Of a stretch of 64,000 nt of DNA, positions 1-10,322 are shown one piece after another (the first letter of the stretch is position 1; each line of letters opens with the position of its first letter). The notes beneath the pieces are model-generated. The model had not been told where the DNA came from. It saw only the letters and a list, made by a program, of their open reading frames with translations, and made no database searches. Both the position numbers and the translations under genes were made by a program. The stretch covers positions 328,575 to 392,574 of the forward strand of contig CAVWGE010000001.1 in the NCBI GenBank assembly GCA_963754385.1, written 5' to 3'. This DNA comes from an uncultured Chloroflexia bacterium (lineage in GTDB: Bacteria > Chloroflexota > Dehalococcoidia > GIF9 > UBA5629).

Positions 1-48
1 ATTTCGACCAAACAAACTAAGAAACCAGCTGTTGAGGAGAAAATTTAG
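1..48 (+). CDS. infC: Translation initiation factor IF-3, C-terminal fragment; gene begins upstream of the window.
   Basis: Frame 1 is open to a TAG at 46-48, reading ISTKQTKKPAVEEKI*. Its position directly upstream of rpmI-rplT matches the conserved infC-rpmI-rplT order. Only 15 aa are visible. Confidence 0.35.
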   Translation: MSTKQTKKPAVEEKI

Positions 49-252
49 ATGCCGAAACTCAAGACACATAAAGGGGCTAAAAGCCGCTTCCACATCACGG
101 GCAGCGGCAAAATTATGCGTGTCAAAGGTGGCAAGAGCCATTTAAGGCGTAAGAAACCGGCTAGGACTAAGCGCCTTTATGATGATATGATTATGGTTCA
201 CCCTTCTGATAAGGTTAGGTTAAAGAGATTACTGCCCTACGGCTTGAAATAG
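49..252 (+). CDS. rpmI: 50S ribosomal protein L35
   Basis: The 67-aa protein [24 protein letters not shown] is a typical L35. ATG start is preceded by GAGGAG. Confidence 0.95.
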   Translation: MPKLKTHKGAKSRFHITGSGKIMRVKGGKSHLRRKKPARTKRLYDDMIMVHPSDKVRLKRLLPYGLK

Positions 253-266
253 ATTGGAGGAAATGA

Positions 267-626
267 TTGCCACGAGTTAAAGGTGGAATAGTCACTCGTC
301 GACGGCATAAAAAGGTACTGAAGTTAACTAAGGGGCACAAGGCTACCAGGCATTCTCTATTCCGGCGTGCCCATGAGTCTATGATGCATGCTTTATTTTA
401 TGCCTATCGACATCGTCGAGAGCGCAAGGGTGATATGAGGCGGTTGTGGATTATCAGGATAAATGCAGCTGCCCGGGCGGGAGGGCTTTCCTATAGCCAA
501 TTCATGGATGGCCTAAAAAAGGCCAATGTGGAGATCAACCGCAAAGCATTGGCAGAGATGGCAGTAAAAGATCCATCCAGCTTCTCTAAGTTACTAACTC
601 TAGCTTCAGCCAAACTCGAGATCTAA
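267..626 (+). CDS. rplT: 50S ribosomal protein L20
   Basis: The 119-aa protein starts [22 protein letters not shown], the L20 signature. Start codon is TTG at 267. Confidence 0.95.
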   Translation: MPRVKGGIVTRRRHKKVLKLTKGHKATRHSLFRRAHESMMHALFYAYRHRRERKGDMRRLWIIRINAAARAGGLSYSQFMDGLKKANVEINRKALAEMAVKDPSSFSKLLTLASAKLEI

Positions 627-643
627 AATCTCCTCCTCACATA

Positions 644-1690
644 GTGAGAATGATGCTAAATCAGGTTGAAGAGCTTGCCTCTAAAGCTTCTGAGGAGCTA
701 GGCAAAATCACTGATGTCAACGACCTTGAAGCATGGCGAATTCGCTATTTGGGCAGAAAAGGTAGTTTAATACAAATTCTGCGTTCGTTGGCAGCTTTAC
801 CGTTAAAAGAGAGGCGTGCAGTTGGGGCTCGGGCCAATGAACTTAAGAATTCTCTTGAAAGTGCCTTTACTGAGAAGAAAATCAATTTAGAGCGAACTTC
901 AGCTTTTTCTCTGCAACATGAAAGCCTAGATATCACCCTACCCGGTCAGAGGATTTCTCTTGGTCGCCTCCATCCGACAACTCAAATACTTGAGGAGATA
1001 TGTGATATTTTTAACAGCATGGGTTTTCAAGTTGTGGAGGGGCCCGAGGTGGAATGGGATTATTACAATTTCGAAGCTCTCAATATGCCAGTAGACCACC
1101 CAGCCCGTGATATGTTTGCCACATTATGGATGGACTTCGAGACTAAAACTGGCGACAGACCTATGCTTTTGAGAACTCACACCTCTCCAGTCCAGATAAG
1201 AGTTATGGAGAAATCACGCCCGCCTATAAGAATAATAGCGCCGGGACGAGTTTATAGATATGAAGCCACGGATGCTACTCACGAGTGGATGTTTTATCAA
1301 GTCGAAGGGCTGGCAGTTGACAAAAACATAACCCTGGCCGACTTGAAAGGTACCCTTTTTGAATTTGCTCGTCGCCTTTTTGGCGAAGAGAGAAAATGCC
1401 GTTTCCGCTGCGATTACTTTCCTTTTGTGGAGCCTGGTGTCGAGGTGGCAATTGATTGCATGGTGTGTCATGGTGCTGGATGTCGGCTGTGTGGAAACAG
1501 TGGTTGGATTGAAATTTTAGGTGCGGGCATGGTTCATCCTGAGGTTCTCCGGCGTGTTGATATCGACCCTGAAGTTTATTCGGGTTTCGCTTTTGGTATG
1601 GGTGTGGAACGTATTCCAATCCTTCGCTATGGCATAGAGGATATCCGCCTCTTTTATGGTAATGACCTCAGGTTTTTAAGACAATTTTGA
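644..1690 (+). CDS. pheS: Phenylalanine--tRNA ligase alpha subunit
   Basis: Contains the class II aaRS motifs [21 protein letters not shown] and [13 protein letters not shown] at 644; the ATG at 650 is an alternative start. Confidence 0.93.
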   Translation: MRMMLNQVEELASKASEELGKITDVNDLEAWRIRYLGRKGSLIQILRSLAALPLKERRAVGARANELKNSLESAFTEKKINLERTSAFSLQHESLDITLPGQRISLGRLHPTTQILEEICDIFNSMGFQVVEGPEVEWDYYNFEALNMPVDHPARDMFATLWMDFETKTGDRPMLLRTHTSPVQIRVMEKSRPPIRIIAPGRVYRYEATDATHEWMFYQVEGLAVDKNITLADLKGTLFEFARRLFGEERKCRFRCDYFPFVEPGVEVAIDCMVCHGAGCRLCGNSGWIEILGAGMVHPEVLRRVDIDPEVYSGFAFGMGVERIPILRYGIEDIRLFYGNDLRFLRQF

Positions 1691-1721
1691 ACTTGGTTAT
1701 TTTGGCTCGTAGGACTTTGTA

Positions 1722-4127
1722 GTGAAAGTTTCACTTCGCTGGCTAAAAGAATATGTTGACATTTCCACGCCGCTTGAGGAGCTGTGTGAAAGGTTGACTA
1801 TGGCTGGATTGGAGGTTGGGAAGGTGGAGGTGCTTGGTGGTAACTGGAACGATATAGTGGTTGGCGAAGTAGTTGATATTAATGCCCATCCTAATGCCGA
1901 TCGTCTGAAGCTGGTGACCGTTGATTTAGGGGAACAACGTCCCACTGTAGTCTGTGGAGCACCTAATGTCGCAATCGGTTATAAGGTGGCTTTTGCCCGT
2001 GTGGGAGCTCAACTCATAGATGGTCATAGTGGTGAAGTGGTGCAATTGAAACCGGCTAAGATTCGTGGTGTTGTTTCTGAAGGGATGATTTGCTCTGAGA
2101 AGGAACTGGGGATTTCTGATAGCCATGAAGGGATTATGATTCTATCACCGGAAGCTGCTATCGGTACTCCTTTGACTGAGTGTCTTGGTGATGCGATTCT
2201 TGACCTTGACATAACACCAAACCGACCCGACTGTCTATCGGTGATAGGTATTGCCAGGGAAATAGCAGCTCTTACCGTAAGCAAGCTACATATCCCTGAG
2301 GTTTATTATCAGGAACTAGGAAGAGCCATAGATTCCTCTGCCTCAGTTGAAATTGTTGAGCCAGACTTATGTCCCAGGTACTGTGCCAGTTTGCTTACTG
2401 GGATTAAGGTAGGTTTATCACCTCAGTGGTTACAACGGCGGCTGCTGGCTTGTGGTATGCGTCCCATTAATAATATCGTTGATGTTACAAACTATGTGAT
2501 GCTGGAATATGGACAACCACTTCATGCCTTTGACTACGATGAGATACGTGGCAAACAAATTATCGTACGTCGAGCAGAAAATAGTGAGATTATAGCTACG
2601 TTGGATGGGGTCGAGCGGACTCTAAACCCGAATGTATTGGTGATTGCCGACAAAGAGCGAGCTATTGCTGTTGCTGGTCTTATGGGGGGAGCGGATACGG
2701 AGGTTACGGAGAGTACTACCACAGTTCTGATAGAATCAGCAAATTTCAATCAGGCGGTTATTCATCGGGGAGGCATTGGGCTACGGTTGGGCAGTGAAGC
2801 CTCACTACGGTTTGAGAAGGGGCTTAGCCTAGAATTACCGCTAATAGCGTTGAAGCGAGCCGCACAATTAATGGCAGAATTGGCTGGTGGGGAAATAGCT
2901 AAGGGAATTATTGATGTTTATCCTGACAAGCGGCGCAGGGAATCTATATCGCTGCACGCTGCTGATATTAAACGGCTTCTTGGCGTGGAGTTAAAGGTTA
3001 ACGAAATAACCAAGACTTTGGAGCTGTTGGGATTCAGTTGCAGACAAACTGAATCAAATTCGAAGATTCACGTAGAAGTTCCTTGGTGGCGTACAGATGT
3101 CAATTGTACTGCTGATTTAGCCGAAGAGGTAGCTCGTATCATTGGCTATGACAGAATTCCGACTACTATGCTGAGTTCACAATTGCCAAGGCATGAGCCA
3201 ACGCCGATGTTATCTCTCAAACGACAACTGCGCAATATCCTTGTTAGCTGTGGTTTTCAAGAGGTGCTTACCTATTCCTTGACTAATCTGGAGGCGCTGA
3301 GTAGGCTTTCGCCACAGCTTGACCTGATAGGTCCAACTCCGATGAAAGTGGCTAATCCGATGTCCAGGGAGCAGGAATATCTGCGTGCTACCTTGCGAGC
3401 TGGCATACTGTCGATTTTGGCTCGTAATGAGAGATATCAAGAAGACGGCATCAGGCTTTTTGAGATTGGGAAGGTGTTTTTACCCCGAGAAAGGGATTTG
3501 CCCCAGGAGAAGGAGATGCTTTGTGCTGTGTTAAGCGGTTCACAGCGCAGGTTGTCCTGGCGGAGTAAGGATGAGCCTGTTGATTTCTTTGTTGCCAAAG
3601 GAGTGCTGGAGACTGTTTTATCCCGGTTGGGATTGGTGGTGAGCTTTGAAGCAGGTGAAGATGAGAGTTTATGCCCCGGGAGCATGGCTAATGTAGTTGT
3701 TGGCAATGAAAAGTTGGGGGTTGTGGGTGAACTACATCCCAAAGTATCAGAGGTTTTTGAATTTTCTGATACCGTCTATCTTATTGAAGTCGACTTGGGT
3801 AAATTGTCGCCTTTTGCAACTGCGCTCAAAAAATATCAACCGATTCCACGATATCCGAGCACAAGCAGAGATATCGCACTGTTGGTGGATGAGCAGATAA
3901 CATATCAACAGATTTGCGATATCATTCAGAGTTTTTCTCTTGTGAATTCGGTTGCTCTTTTTGACCTTTATGTGGGCGAACAGGTGCCGGCAGGTAAAAA
4001 ATCCCTTGCTTTCAGAATTATCTATCAATCACCTGCGTATACCTTGACCGATAATGAAGTCGACAAGGTTCAGCAGCAAATTCTTGATAAATTGCAGCGC
4101 GATTTAAAGGTTTCATTGAGGAGCTGA
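1722..4127 (+). CDS. pheT: Phenylalanine--tRNA ligase beta subunit
   Basis: An 801-aa protein with the typical PheT N-terminus MKVSLRWLKEYVD. GTG start immediately downstream of pheS. Confidence 0.95.
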   Translation: MKVSLRWLKEYVDISTPLEELCERLTMAGLEVGKVEVLGGNWNDIVVGEVVDINAHPNADRLKLVTVDLGEQRPTVVCGAPNVAIGYKVAFARVGAQLIDGHSGEVVQLKPAKIRGVVSEGMICSEKELGISDSHEGIMILSPEAAIGTPLTECLGDAILDLDITPNRPDCLSVIGIAREIAALTVSKLHIPEVYYQELGRAIDSSASVEIVEPDLCPRYCASLLTGIKVGLSPQWLQRRLLACGMRPINNIVDVTNYVMLEYGQPLHAFDYDEIRGKQIIVRRAENSEIIATLDGVERTLNPNVLVIADKERAIAVAGLMGGADTEVTESTTTVLIESANFNQAVIHRGGIGLRLGSEASLRFEKGLSLELPLIALKRAAQLMAELAGGEIAKGIIDVYPDKRRRESISLHAADIKRLLGVELKVNEITKTLELLGFSCRQTESNSKIHVEVPWWRTDVNCTADLAEEVARIIGYDRIPTTMLSSQLPRHEPTPMLSLKRQLRNILVSCGFQEVLTYSLTNLEALSRLSPQLDLIGPTPMKVANPMSREQEYLRATLRAGILSILARNERYQEDGIRLFEIGKVFLPRERDLPQEKEMLCAVLSGSQRRLSWRSKDEPVDFFVAKGVLETVLSRLGLVVSFEAGEDESLCPGSMANVVVGNEKLGVVGELHPKVSEVFEFSDTVYLIEVDLGKLSPFATALKKYQPIPRYPSTSRDIALLVDEQITYQQICDIIQSFSLVNSVALFDLYVGEQVPAGKKSLAFRIIYQSPAYTLTDNEVDKVQQQILDKLQRDLKVSLRS

Positions 4128-4191
4128 CTTGTTCGTGACCAGAATTTTAAAGAACATCTCACTTGAGCGAAACTTTTGCCCAAATTTACGC

Positions 4192-4197
4192 TATAAT
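4192..4197 (+). promoter_or_regulatory. Perfect TATAAT -10-like hexamer about 40 nt upstream of the surface-protein gene. No well-spaced -35 was found.
   Basis: Reading of the sequence: cgcTATAATagg. The candidate -35 hexamers TTGAGC and TTGCCC sit at 22 and 10 nt spacing, which do not fit. Confidence 0.25.
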
Positions 4198-4233
4198 AGG
4201 ATGTGATTATTTATAGGAAGGGGGGAGACAGGC

Positions 4234-5982
4234 GTGAAAATTAGAGTTTCTGCTCCGGCTCTATGCTTAGTCTTGATTTCAGTTCTCTCTTTTGCAGTTC
4301 CTGTCCAGGCTGCTGGCATGACTCCAACGGCGGGTGTTGTTGGGGCGACGGTGACCGTATCCGAATTGATATCCGGGTCTTATTCCATTAAGTGGGATGG
4401 AGTTGAGGTCAAGCAAGGTACACTGCCAGGCGGGGGTAGTGTCACCTTTACCGTATCTGATTCCTGTGGAGGGAATCATACTGTCACAGTGGAAAATCCG
4501 ATTGGCACCCAGGTCTTTTCTGCCTCATTCTATGTTCTTCCGTCGATAGGCGTCAGCCCAAACTCAGGTGTTGCTGGTGATTCTGTCACTGTTGCGGGTA
4601 AAGGTTTTGCCAATGCTGAAGGTAGCATCAAGGTCACTTATGATGGCACAGACATGCAGACAGGAATTACTGCTAGTGATAAGGGCTCGTGGAGCGCAAC
4701 CTTTTCCGTGCCCAGCTCGGCCGAGGGTAGTCATACGGTTGATGCTTCAGGAAGTACCACTGAGGCAGGTGATGTTCCCGACGTCACCTTAACAGTCAGT
4801 CCGAAAATCAGTATCAGCCCGGTGTCTGGTGGTGTTGGTACTTCAGTCACTGTCAGTGGTACTGGCTTTGGCAAAGATGAAGGCAGCATTCGAGTTACCT
4901 ATGATGGCACTGATGCAAAAACTGGTGTCAGTGCTGACAGCAAAGGGTCATGGGATGTTACTCTTCTTGTTCCTAGCTCTATTAAAGGCGTTCATACGAT
5001 AGATGCTTCAGGTGCTTCAACCAATGCTGATGGAGTTCCTGACATCACCTTTTTTGTCTCCTCTGCTGTGGAAATTAAGCCAGAATCGGGGTATGTAGGT
5101 GATAGTATTACCATTAACGGTTGTGGTTTTGGGGGTAGCGAGAGCGGTATAACAGTTACGCTTGATGGTAATGTTGTTAAGAGTGATATCGCATCTAATG
5201 GGGAAGGTTGCTGGACCACCTCTTTGGCTATACCTGCCAGTATCGGAGGTAGCCATTTCATAGATGCTTATAGTGCTTCGACTGCTGCTAATGACGTTGC
5301 TGATGCTAAACTAACTGTTTTATCGAAAATGGTTATAGAGCCTGCTGAGGGATATGTGGGTTGCGATATTTTAGTTAGCGGCACTGCTTTTGGTGCGGAA
5401 AAAGAAGTGGCTGTTAAATATGACGACATTGCGGTGGTTACTGAATCAGTCACTGATGCTAAAGGCAACTTTCAAGCGAGTTTTAAGGCACCTAAAAGTA
5501 TAGGTGGTAAGCATAATGTAATTGCTACTGATGCTGGTGGTACCTCAGCCTCGGGTGTTTTTACCATGGAAACAACCCCACCACCATTGCCACAGATTGT
5601 ATCCCCGAAGGATGGAGGTAGAGTAGGCTTTTTCGATCGTGTTACTCCTACCTTCGAATGGGCCGATGTTTCTGACCCGAGCGGTGTTTACTATAGTTTG
5701 CAGATATCTTCTCAATCTGACTTTGCAACGACGGTGTTAAGTAAAGAAGGTTTGGTTGAGTCTAAATATACTTTGACTGATGACGAGGCTTTGCTTCGAG
5801 GAAAATATTACTGGCGGATTAAAGCTGTAGATGGCGCTGGTAATGATAGCGGTTGGAGCACATCAATACTTGTTAATGTTGGACTTATGCCGCTATGGGC
5901 GTTTATACTTATTGTCGTTGTTGCCATTGCTTTTATAGTTAGATTGGTCTTCTTTCTGAAGAATCTCAAAAGAGGGCATTAG
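4234..5982 (+). CDS. Secreted cell-surface protein with about 6 tandem IPT/TIG-like Ig-fold repeats, a conserved C-terminal module and a C-terminal TM anchor.
   Basis: GTG start follows a strong RBS (GGAAGGGGGGAGA). Signal peptide MKIRVSAPALCLVLISVLSFAVPVQAAG. Repeats of about 90 aa fit (S/E)P.SG.VG..VTV.G.GFG...S(I/V).V.YDG.....G. The C-terminus YYSLQISSQSDF..YYWRIKAVDGAGNDSGWS is followed by the hydrophobic stretch LWAFILIVVVAIAFIV. Confidence 0.8.
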   Translation: MKIRVSAPALCLVLISVLSFAVPVQAAGMTPTAGVVGATVTVSELISGSYSIKWDGVEVKQGTLPGGGSVTFTVSDSCGGNHTVTVENPIGTQVFSASFYVLPSIGVSPNSGVAGDSVTVAGKGFANAEGSIKVTYDGTDMQTGITASDKGSWSATFSVPSSAEGSHTVDASGSTTEAGDVPDVTLTVSPKISISPVSGGVGTSVTVSGTGFGKDEGSIRVTYDGTDAKTGVSADSKGSWDVTLLVPSSIKGVHTIDASGASTNADGVPDITFFVSSAVEIKPESGYVGDSITINGCGFGGSESGITVTLDGNVVKSDIASNGEGCWTTSLAIPASIGGSHFIDAYSASTAANDVADAKLTVLSKMVIEPAEGYVGCDILVSGTAFGAEKEVAVKYDDIAVVTESVTDAKGNFQASFKAPKSIGGKHNVIATDAGGTSASGVFTMETTPPPLPQIVSPKDGGRVGFFDRVTPTFEWADVSDPSGVYYSLQISSQSDFATTVLSKEGLVESKYTLTDDEALLRGKYYWRIKAVDGAGNDSGWSTSILVNVGLMPLWAFILIVVVAIAFIVRLVFFLKNLKRGH

Positions 5983-6152
5983 AGAGCTTCACCGAGCAAA
6001 TATTTACCCCTAAAATTAGTGAGCAAGTATGAATGGATAAGGTTGGTTAGCTTTGACAGCAAAGAATAGATCGGGTCTATTCTGGGTAGTGTGTTGGTTT
6101 TCGTAGCTGCTTGGTTTCAGAGGCATGTCAAATCAGAGCAGCCTTAGTTTTT

Positions 6153-7853
6153 CTAAGTTTTCTGGAGTAGCTTCTTAATCTTCGCGGTTATTCCTTCTAG
6201 GGGTACAAGTTCGGTTTGTTTTTCCTTGCGCCATTTTATCTCTATGCTCTGACTCTCCAAAGTGCGCGGGCTTAGAGTTAAGCGAAGTGGTATGCCTAGA
6301 AGGTCAGCATCGTTGAATTTAACTCCCGGAGATTCATCTCGATCATCGAAGAGCACCTCCAAGTTTTTTCTGGTTAAGTTTTGGTAAAGTTTTTCTGCAG
6401 CTTCAGCGACACCAGAATTTTCCAGGCGCAGAGGGCAAAGGTAAATGTGATAGGGGGCAATCGCTGTTGGCCAAATAATGCCTTTATCGTCGTGATTCTG
6501 CTCTATTGCAGCTGCCAATAGTCTTCCCAGTCCTATGCCGTAGGTACCCATTACTATTGGTTGTGATACACCGTTCCGGTCGAGGAAAAAAGCCCCCAGT
6601 TTCTCGCTGAGGAAGGTGCCTAGTTTGAAGACATGGCCTACCTCGATTCCATGACTGGATTGGAGTTTGCCATTGCATTTTGGACAATCATCTCCAGGGC
6701 GAGCTATGGCAATATCAGCTATAAGGTCAATTTTGAAATCACGAGGATAGTTCACGTTTTTAAGATGGGTGTCTGGTTTATTGGCACCAGCAACGAAATT
6801 AGAGCCTGAGTTTATTGAGTCATCAGCTACGATTTTAATTCCTTTTATACCGATTGGCGAAGCTGAACCAGCTACTAACCCAGCTGCTTTCACTTCGTTT
6901 TCTGTAGCCAAGCGCAACTCTGAGCATTTCAGTAAATTCTTGACTTTAGTTTCGTTGACATCGAGATCCCCCCTAATAACTACAAAGACAATCTCGGCAT
7001 CGGACGAATAAAATACAGCTTTTAGAGTTCGGCTTGCTGGCACACCAACGAAATTAGCTACCTCTTCGATGGTCTTGATGTTTGGGGTCGATAGTTCTTT
7101 TAGCGGGAGAGAGGTTTTTGTTTCCAGTTTGGGCTTGATGCTGCGGGCCTTTTCTATATTTGCGGCATAAGCGCAGTTTGAGCAATAAATGATTTCATCT
7201 TCACCGGTTTCAGCGATGAGCATAAACTCGTGGGATTCTTTGCCACCTATGGCGCCGCTGTCAGCCTCTACCACCACTGCCGGTAAGCCGCAACGGGAGT
7301 AAACGTTCTTGTAGGCTTGTATCATTTCTTGGTAGCAGAGGTCTAAATCTGCCTCGTCGATATGGAAGCTGTAGAGGTCTTTCATGATGAACTCACGGAC
7401 ACGTAGCAGCCCGCCACGAGGTCTAGGTTCATCGCGGAACTTATTCTGGATTTGGTAGAGGAGAAGGGGTAAGTCGCGGTAGCTCTGTACACAGCGTCGA
7501 ACAAGCTCGGTGATAATCTCTTCGTGGGTAGGGCCTAATACCAACGTGTGTTCTCGTCGGTCGGTAACAGTGAACAACGTTTTTCCAAAAGAGGGATATC
7601 TTCCAGATTTTTCCCATAGTTCGAAGGGTTGAAGTGTAGGCAACATCAACTCTTGCCCGCCGGCTTTGTCCATTTCCTCTCTGATTATTTGCTCTATTTT
7701 CCGGAGCACGCGCCAACCTAAAGGTAGGTAGGAATAGACACCAGCGGCTACCTGCTGAATCATTCCAGTTCTAAGTAGTAACTGGTGGCTCAAAGTGTCA
7801 GCTTCTGCTGGTATTTCTTTTAGCGTCTTGCCAAAAAGCTTGGAAAATCGCAT
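6153..7853 (-). CDS. proS: Proline--tRNA ligase, bacterial type with editing domain
   Basis: The 566-aa protein starts MRFSKLFGKTLKEIPAEADTLSHQLLLRTGMIQQVAAGVYSYLPLG, a typical ProRS N-terminus. Confidence 0.95.
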   Translation of the reverse strand: MRFSKLFGKTLKEIPAEADTLSHQLLLRTGMIQQVAAGVYSYLPLGWRVLRKIEQIIREEMDKAGGQELMLPTLQPFELWEKSGRYPSFGKTLFTVTDRREHTLVLGPTHEEIITELVRRCVQSYRDLPLLLYQIQNKFRDEPRPRGGLLRVREFIMKDLYSFHIDEADLDLCYQEMIQAYKNVYSRCGLPAVVVEADSGAIGGKESHEFMLIAETGEDEIIYCSNCAYAANIEKARSIKPKLETKTSLPLKELSTPNIKTIEEVANFVGVPASRTLKAVFYSSDAEIVFVVIRGDLDVNETKVKNLLKCSELRLATENEVKAAGLVAGSASPIGIKGIKIVADDSINSGSNFVAGANKPDTHLKNVNYPRDFKIDLIADIAIARPGDDCPKCNGKLQSSHGIEVGHVFKLGTFLSEKLGAFFLDRNGVSQPIVMGTYGIGLGRLLAAAIEQNHDDKGIIWPTAIAPYHIYLCPLRLENSGVAEAAEKLYQNLTRKNLEVLFDDRDESPGVKFNDADLLGIPLRLTLSPRTLESQSIEIKWRKEKQTELVPLEGITAKIKKLLQKT

Positions 7854-7905
7854 ATTTTTATCCTTTAAGCACGTTTTTCTCTTAAAAGGGGGACATTAGT
7901 GCTGT

Positions 7906-8187
7906 TTATTCTATACTAAAGGGCGGATATTTGTCAGTCAGAAGCAAATAATAACTACTTACTCTGGTGTACCAGCGAACATAGCCAGCAATGAAATCAA
8001 AAGCCCATTTAGGATATCTCCCGGTGAATAGAATGGCCCACCAAGCGATAAAAACGACAACACTGGCAGCTATACCGAGAGCCCAGAGAACGATCAAATG
8101 AGGTATAACCATAAAGACTCTAAAGAAAGTAGTCAGCCGCGAAAGCTTTTCTTTATGGCTTACAATGACAGTTATTGGATAGTCCAT
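7906..8187 (-). CDS. Small two-TM membrane protein, DUF4389 family
   Basis: The 93-aa sequence LSRLTTFFRVFMVIPHLIVLW...FTGRYPKWAFDF...YLLLTDKYPPFS matches my recollection of DUF4389. ATG follows a GAAGGAGAA RBS. Confidence 0.7.
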   Translation of the reverse strand: MDYPITVIVSHKEKLSRLTTFFRVFMVIPHLIVLWALGIAASVVVFIAWWAILFTGRYPKWAFDFIAGYVRWYTRVSSYYLLLTDKYPPFSIE

Positions 8188-8202
8188 TTCATTCTCCTTC
8201 TT

Positions 8203-9255
8203 TTAATTTAGAAGACTTTTCACCTCTGCCATTAGTGCGCCAAGGAAATCTTTTTCAGTAACAGTGCTCACTACCTTGCCTTTCCTGAAAATGGCACCTT
8301 TGCCTTTGCCACAGGCTATGCCGACATCAGCATCTTTTGCCTCACCCGGGCCATTAACAACACAACCCATGACGGCAACCTTGATAGGTTTGCTTATCTC
8401 TCTCAGGTTTTTATCTACGGATTCAGCAAGGCTGATGATATCTATTTCAGCCCGCCCACAGGATGGGCAGCTTATTAAGGTAGGGCCATGTTGGCGCAGG
8501 TCAAGGCTTTTCAAAATTTCGTAGGCAGTATCTACTTCTTCGCATGGGTGGGCGCTAAGGGAGACACGGATGGTATCACCGATACCTTCGTGAAGTAGTA
8601 TTCCTATGCCTACAGCACTGCGGACAGCACCAGCTCTGGGTAGTCCTGCCTCGGTTATGCCTAGATGCAAAGGGTAGGGTATTTTGGAGGCTATTGCTCT
8701 ATAAGCCTCAATAGTTGTAGGCACGTCGAAGGCTTTAAGTGAAACTTTAACCAAATCAAAGTCCAGACTCTCAAGTAAGTTGATTTGCTCCAGCGCCGCG
8801 TTAATCATATGCTCAGATATAGATAAGCATGGCTTTGAAGCAGGTGGCAGGCTTCCGGCATTGACGCCGATGCGGATTGGTGTCTGTCTTTGCTTGGCTG
8901 TCTTAACTACTTTAGCAATTTGCTCTGGATTGCGGATATTGCCTGGGTTCAGGCGCAGCCCGTCGGCGCCGGACTTCAAAGCTTCAAGAGCGAGTCGATA
9001 GTCGAAATGAATATCGGCGATTATAGGAATGGAGATATTCTTTTTAATGGTCGAAATGGCCTGTGCAGCTTCAACGTCGGGTACAGCTACTCGAACTATC
9101 TCACAGCCACAATCTGCTAGTTCCTTGATTTGAATTACTGTAGCTTGTATGTCTCTGGTATCGGTTTTGGTCATAGACTGAACTACAATAGGCGCATCGC
9201 CACCTATTATTGTTGTTCCGAATCTTAAAGGTTTGGATTGTCTGCGGATTATCAA
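8203..9255 (-). CDS. ispG: 4-hydroxy-3-methylbut-2-enyl diphosphate synthase (flavodoxin), MEP pathway
   Basis: Contains the GcpE/IspG motifs PIVVQSMTKTDTRD, the Fe-S cysteines CPSCGR and GCVVNGPGE. TTG start overlaps the rseP stop (TTGA). Confidence 0.93.
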   Translation of the reverse strand: MIIRRQSKPLRFGTTIIGGDAPIVVQSMTKTDTRDIQATVIQIKELADCGCEIVRVAVPDVEAAQAISTIKKNISIPIIADIHFDYRLALEALKSGADGLRLNPGNIRNPEQIAKVVKTAKQRQTPIRIGVNAGSLPPASKPCLSISEHMINAALEQINLLESLDFDLVKVSLKAFDVPTTIEAYRAIASKIPYPLHLGITEAGLPRAGAVRSAVGIGILLHEGIGDTIRVSLSAHPCEEVDTAYEILKSLDLRQHGPTLISCPSCGRAEIDIISLAESVDKNLREISKPIKVAVMGCVVNGPGEAKDADVGIACGKGKGAIFRKGKVVSTVTEKDFLGALMAEVKSLLN

Positions 9256-10322
9256 GGTAACACGCTCTCTCCATGAATAATGTTTGCAATATCATGGTAG
9301 CTTATTACCATAATTAAGAGTATTAGCAATACAAAACCAATTAGATGGACAAGTCCTTCTCTTTTTGGTGAAATTCTTTTTCCTCGTCGTACCCATTCTA
9401 ACGCTACAAAGATGAGCCTGCCCCCATCGAGACCGGGGAAGGGGAGCAGGTTAATTATAGCCAAGTTTATGCTAATGAGGGCAGCAAATTCGAGTAGGGG
9501 ACTTAGGCCAGCTTTAGCCATCTCACCGGTCAGCTCGGCAATACCTATCGGTCCGGTTAGCTGAGGTGCTGTTCCACTGATGAACCAGCCTACTACTTCA
9601 TTTCGGAATAAGACAAGGATTTGCCAGCAATGAATTATACTTGAAGGCACTGCCTTCCAAATGGGATAGGATTCGCGGATTATGGTGCTGTCTACTCCAG
9701 TAATAGCGATACCGGTAGCTCCCTGACCTTTTGGTGGATTCCACCTTGGTTTCAGACTTACTTCATGTTGACCGAGTTCGCCTTTCTGAAGCTGGATATT
9801 TATTTCTGAGCCGAGATTAAGCTGGATGAAATAGCCGACATCGCCGCGGTTTCTAATTGTGTGGTCGTTTATTGCCAGGATTGTATCTCCCGGCTCAATC
9901 CCAGCGATCTGAGCTGGTGAGCCTGAGGCTACTTCTTTCACCTGTACCTTCTCCAAGACCATATCATGGGGTATCATAAAGCTGATTGAAAGCAGTAATA
10001 TCGGTAGTAGAATATTCATCAGTGAGCCAGCGCTAAGAACAAGGAATCGGACGGGAATGCTCTTACTGGCTAGACTACCTGGTAGTGTTGGGTCTTCTTC
10101 TCCCAGCATTTTGGTAAAGCCACCGAGGGGTATGGCATTTATCGAATACGTTGTCTCGCCCCGTTTGAAGCTGAAAATTCTAGGTGGGAAACCGATGCCA
10201 AATTCCTCCACTTTTACTTTGGCAAGCTTAGCTGTGATGAAGTGTCCAAACTCATGGGCGAAGACAAGCAATATTAGTATGCCGATAAAACTGACAATTG
10301 TAAGTGCTATTGTTTCAAACAT
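9252..10322 (-). CDS. rseP: RIP site-2 zinc metalloprotease RseP with PDZ domain
   Basis: Carries HEFGHF (HExxH), a PDZ-like middle region and the C-terminal LDGG motif, across multiple TM segments. Confidence 0.9.
   Translation of the reverse strand: MFETIALTIVSFIGILILLVFAHEFGHFITAKLAKVKVEEFGIGFPPRIFSFKRGETTYSINAIPLGGFTKMLGEEDPTLPGSLASKSIPVRFLVLSAGSLMNILLPILLLSISFMIPHDMVLEKVQVKEVASGSPAQIAGIEPGDTILAINDHTIRNRGDVGYFIQLNLGSEINIQLQKGELGQHEVSLKPRWNPPKGQGATGIAITGVDSTIIRESYPIWKAVPSSIIHCWQILVLFRNEVVGWFISGTAPQLTGPIGIAELTGEMAKAGLSPLLEFAALISINLAIINLLPFPGLDGGRLIFVALEWVRRGKRISPKREGLVHLIGFVLLILLIMVISYHDIANIIHGESVLP

Noticed and set aside
4164-4181. TTGAGC and TTGCCC as -35 candidates for the TATAAT at 4192
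   Set aside because: Spacings of 22 and 10 nt are incompatible with a sigma70 promoter.
6063-6103. AT-rich 8-bp hairpin between the convergent surface-protein and proS genes
   Set aside because: The stem is weak and the T-run is displaced by 10 nt. It is too weak to call a terminator.
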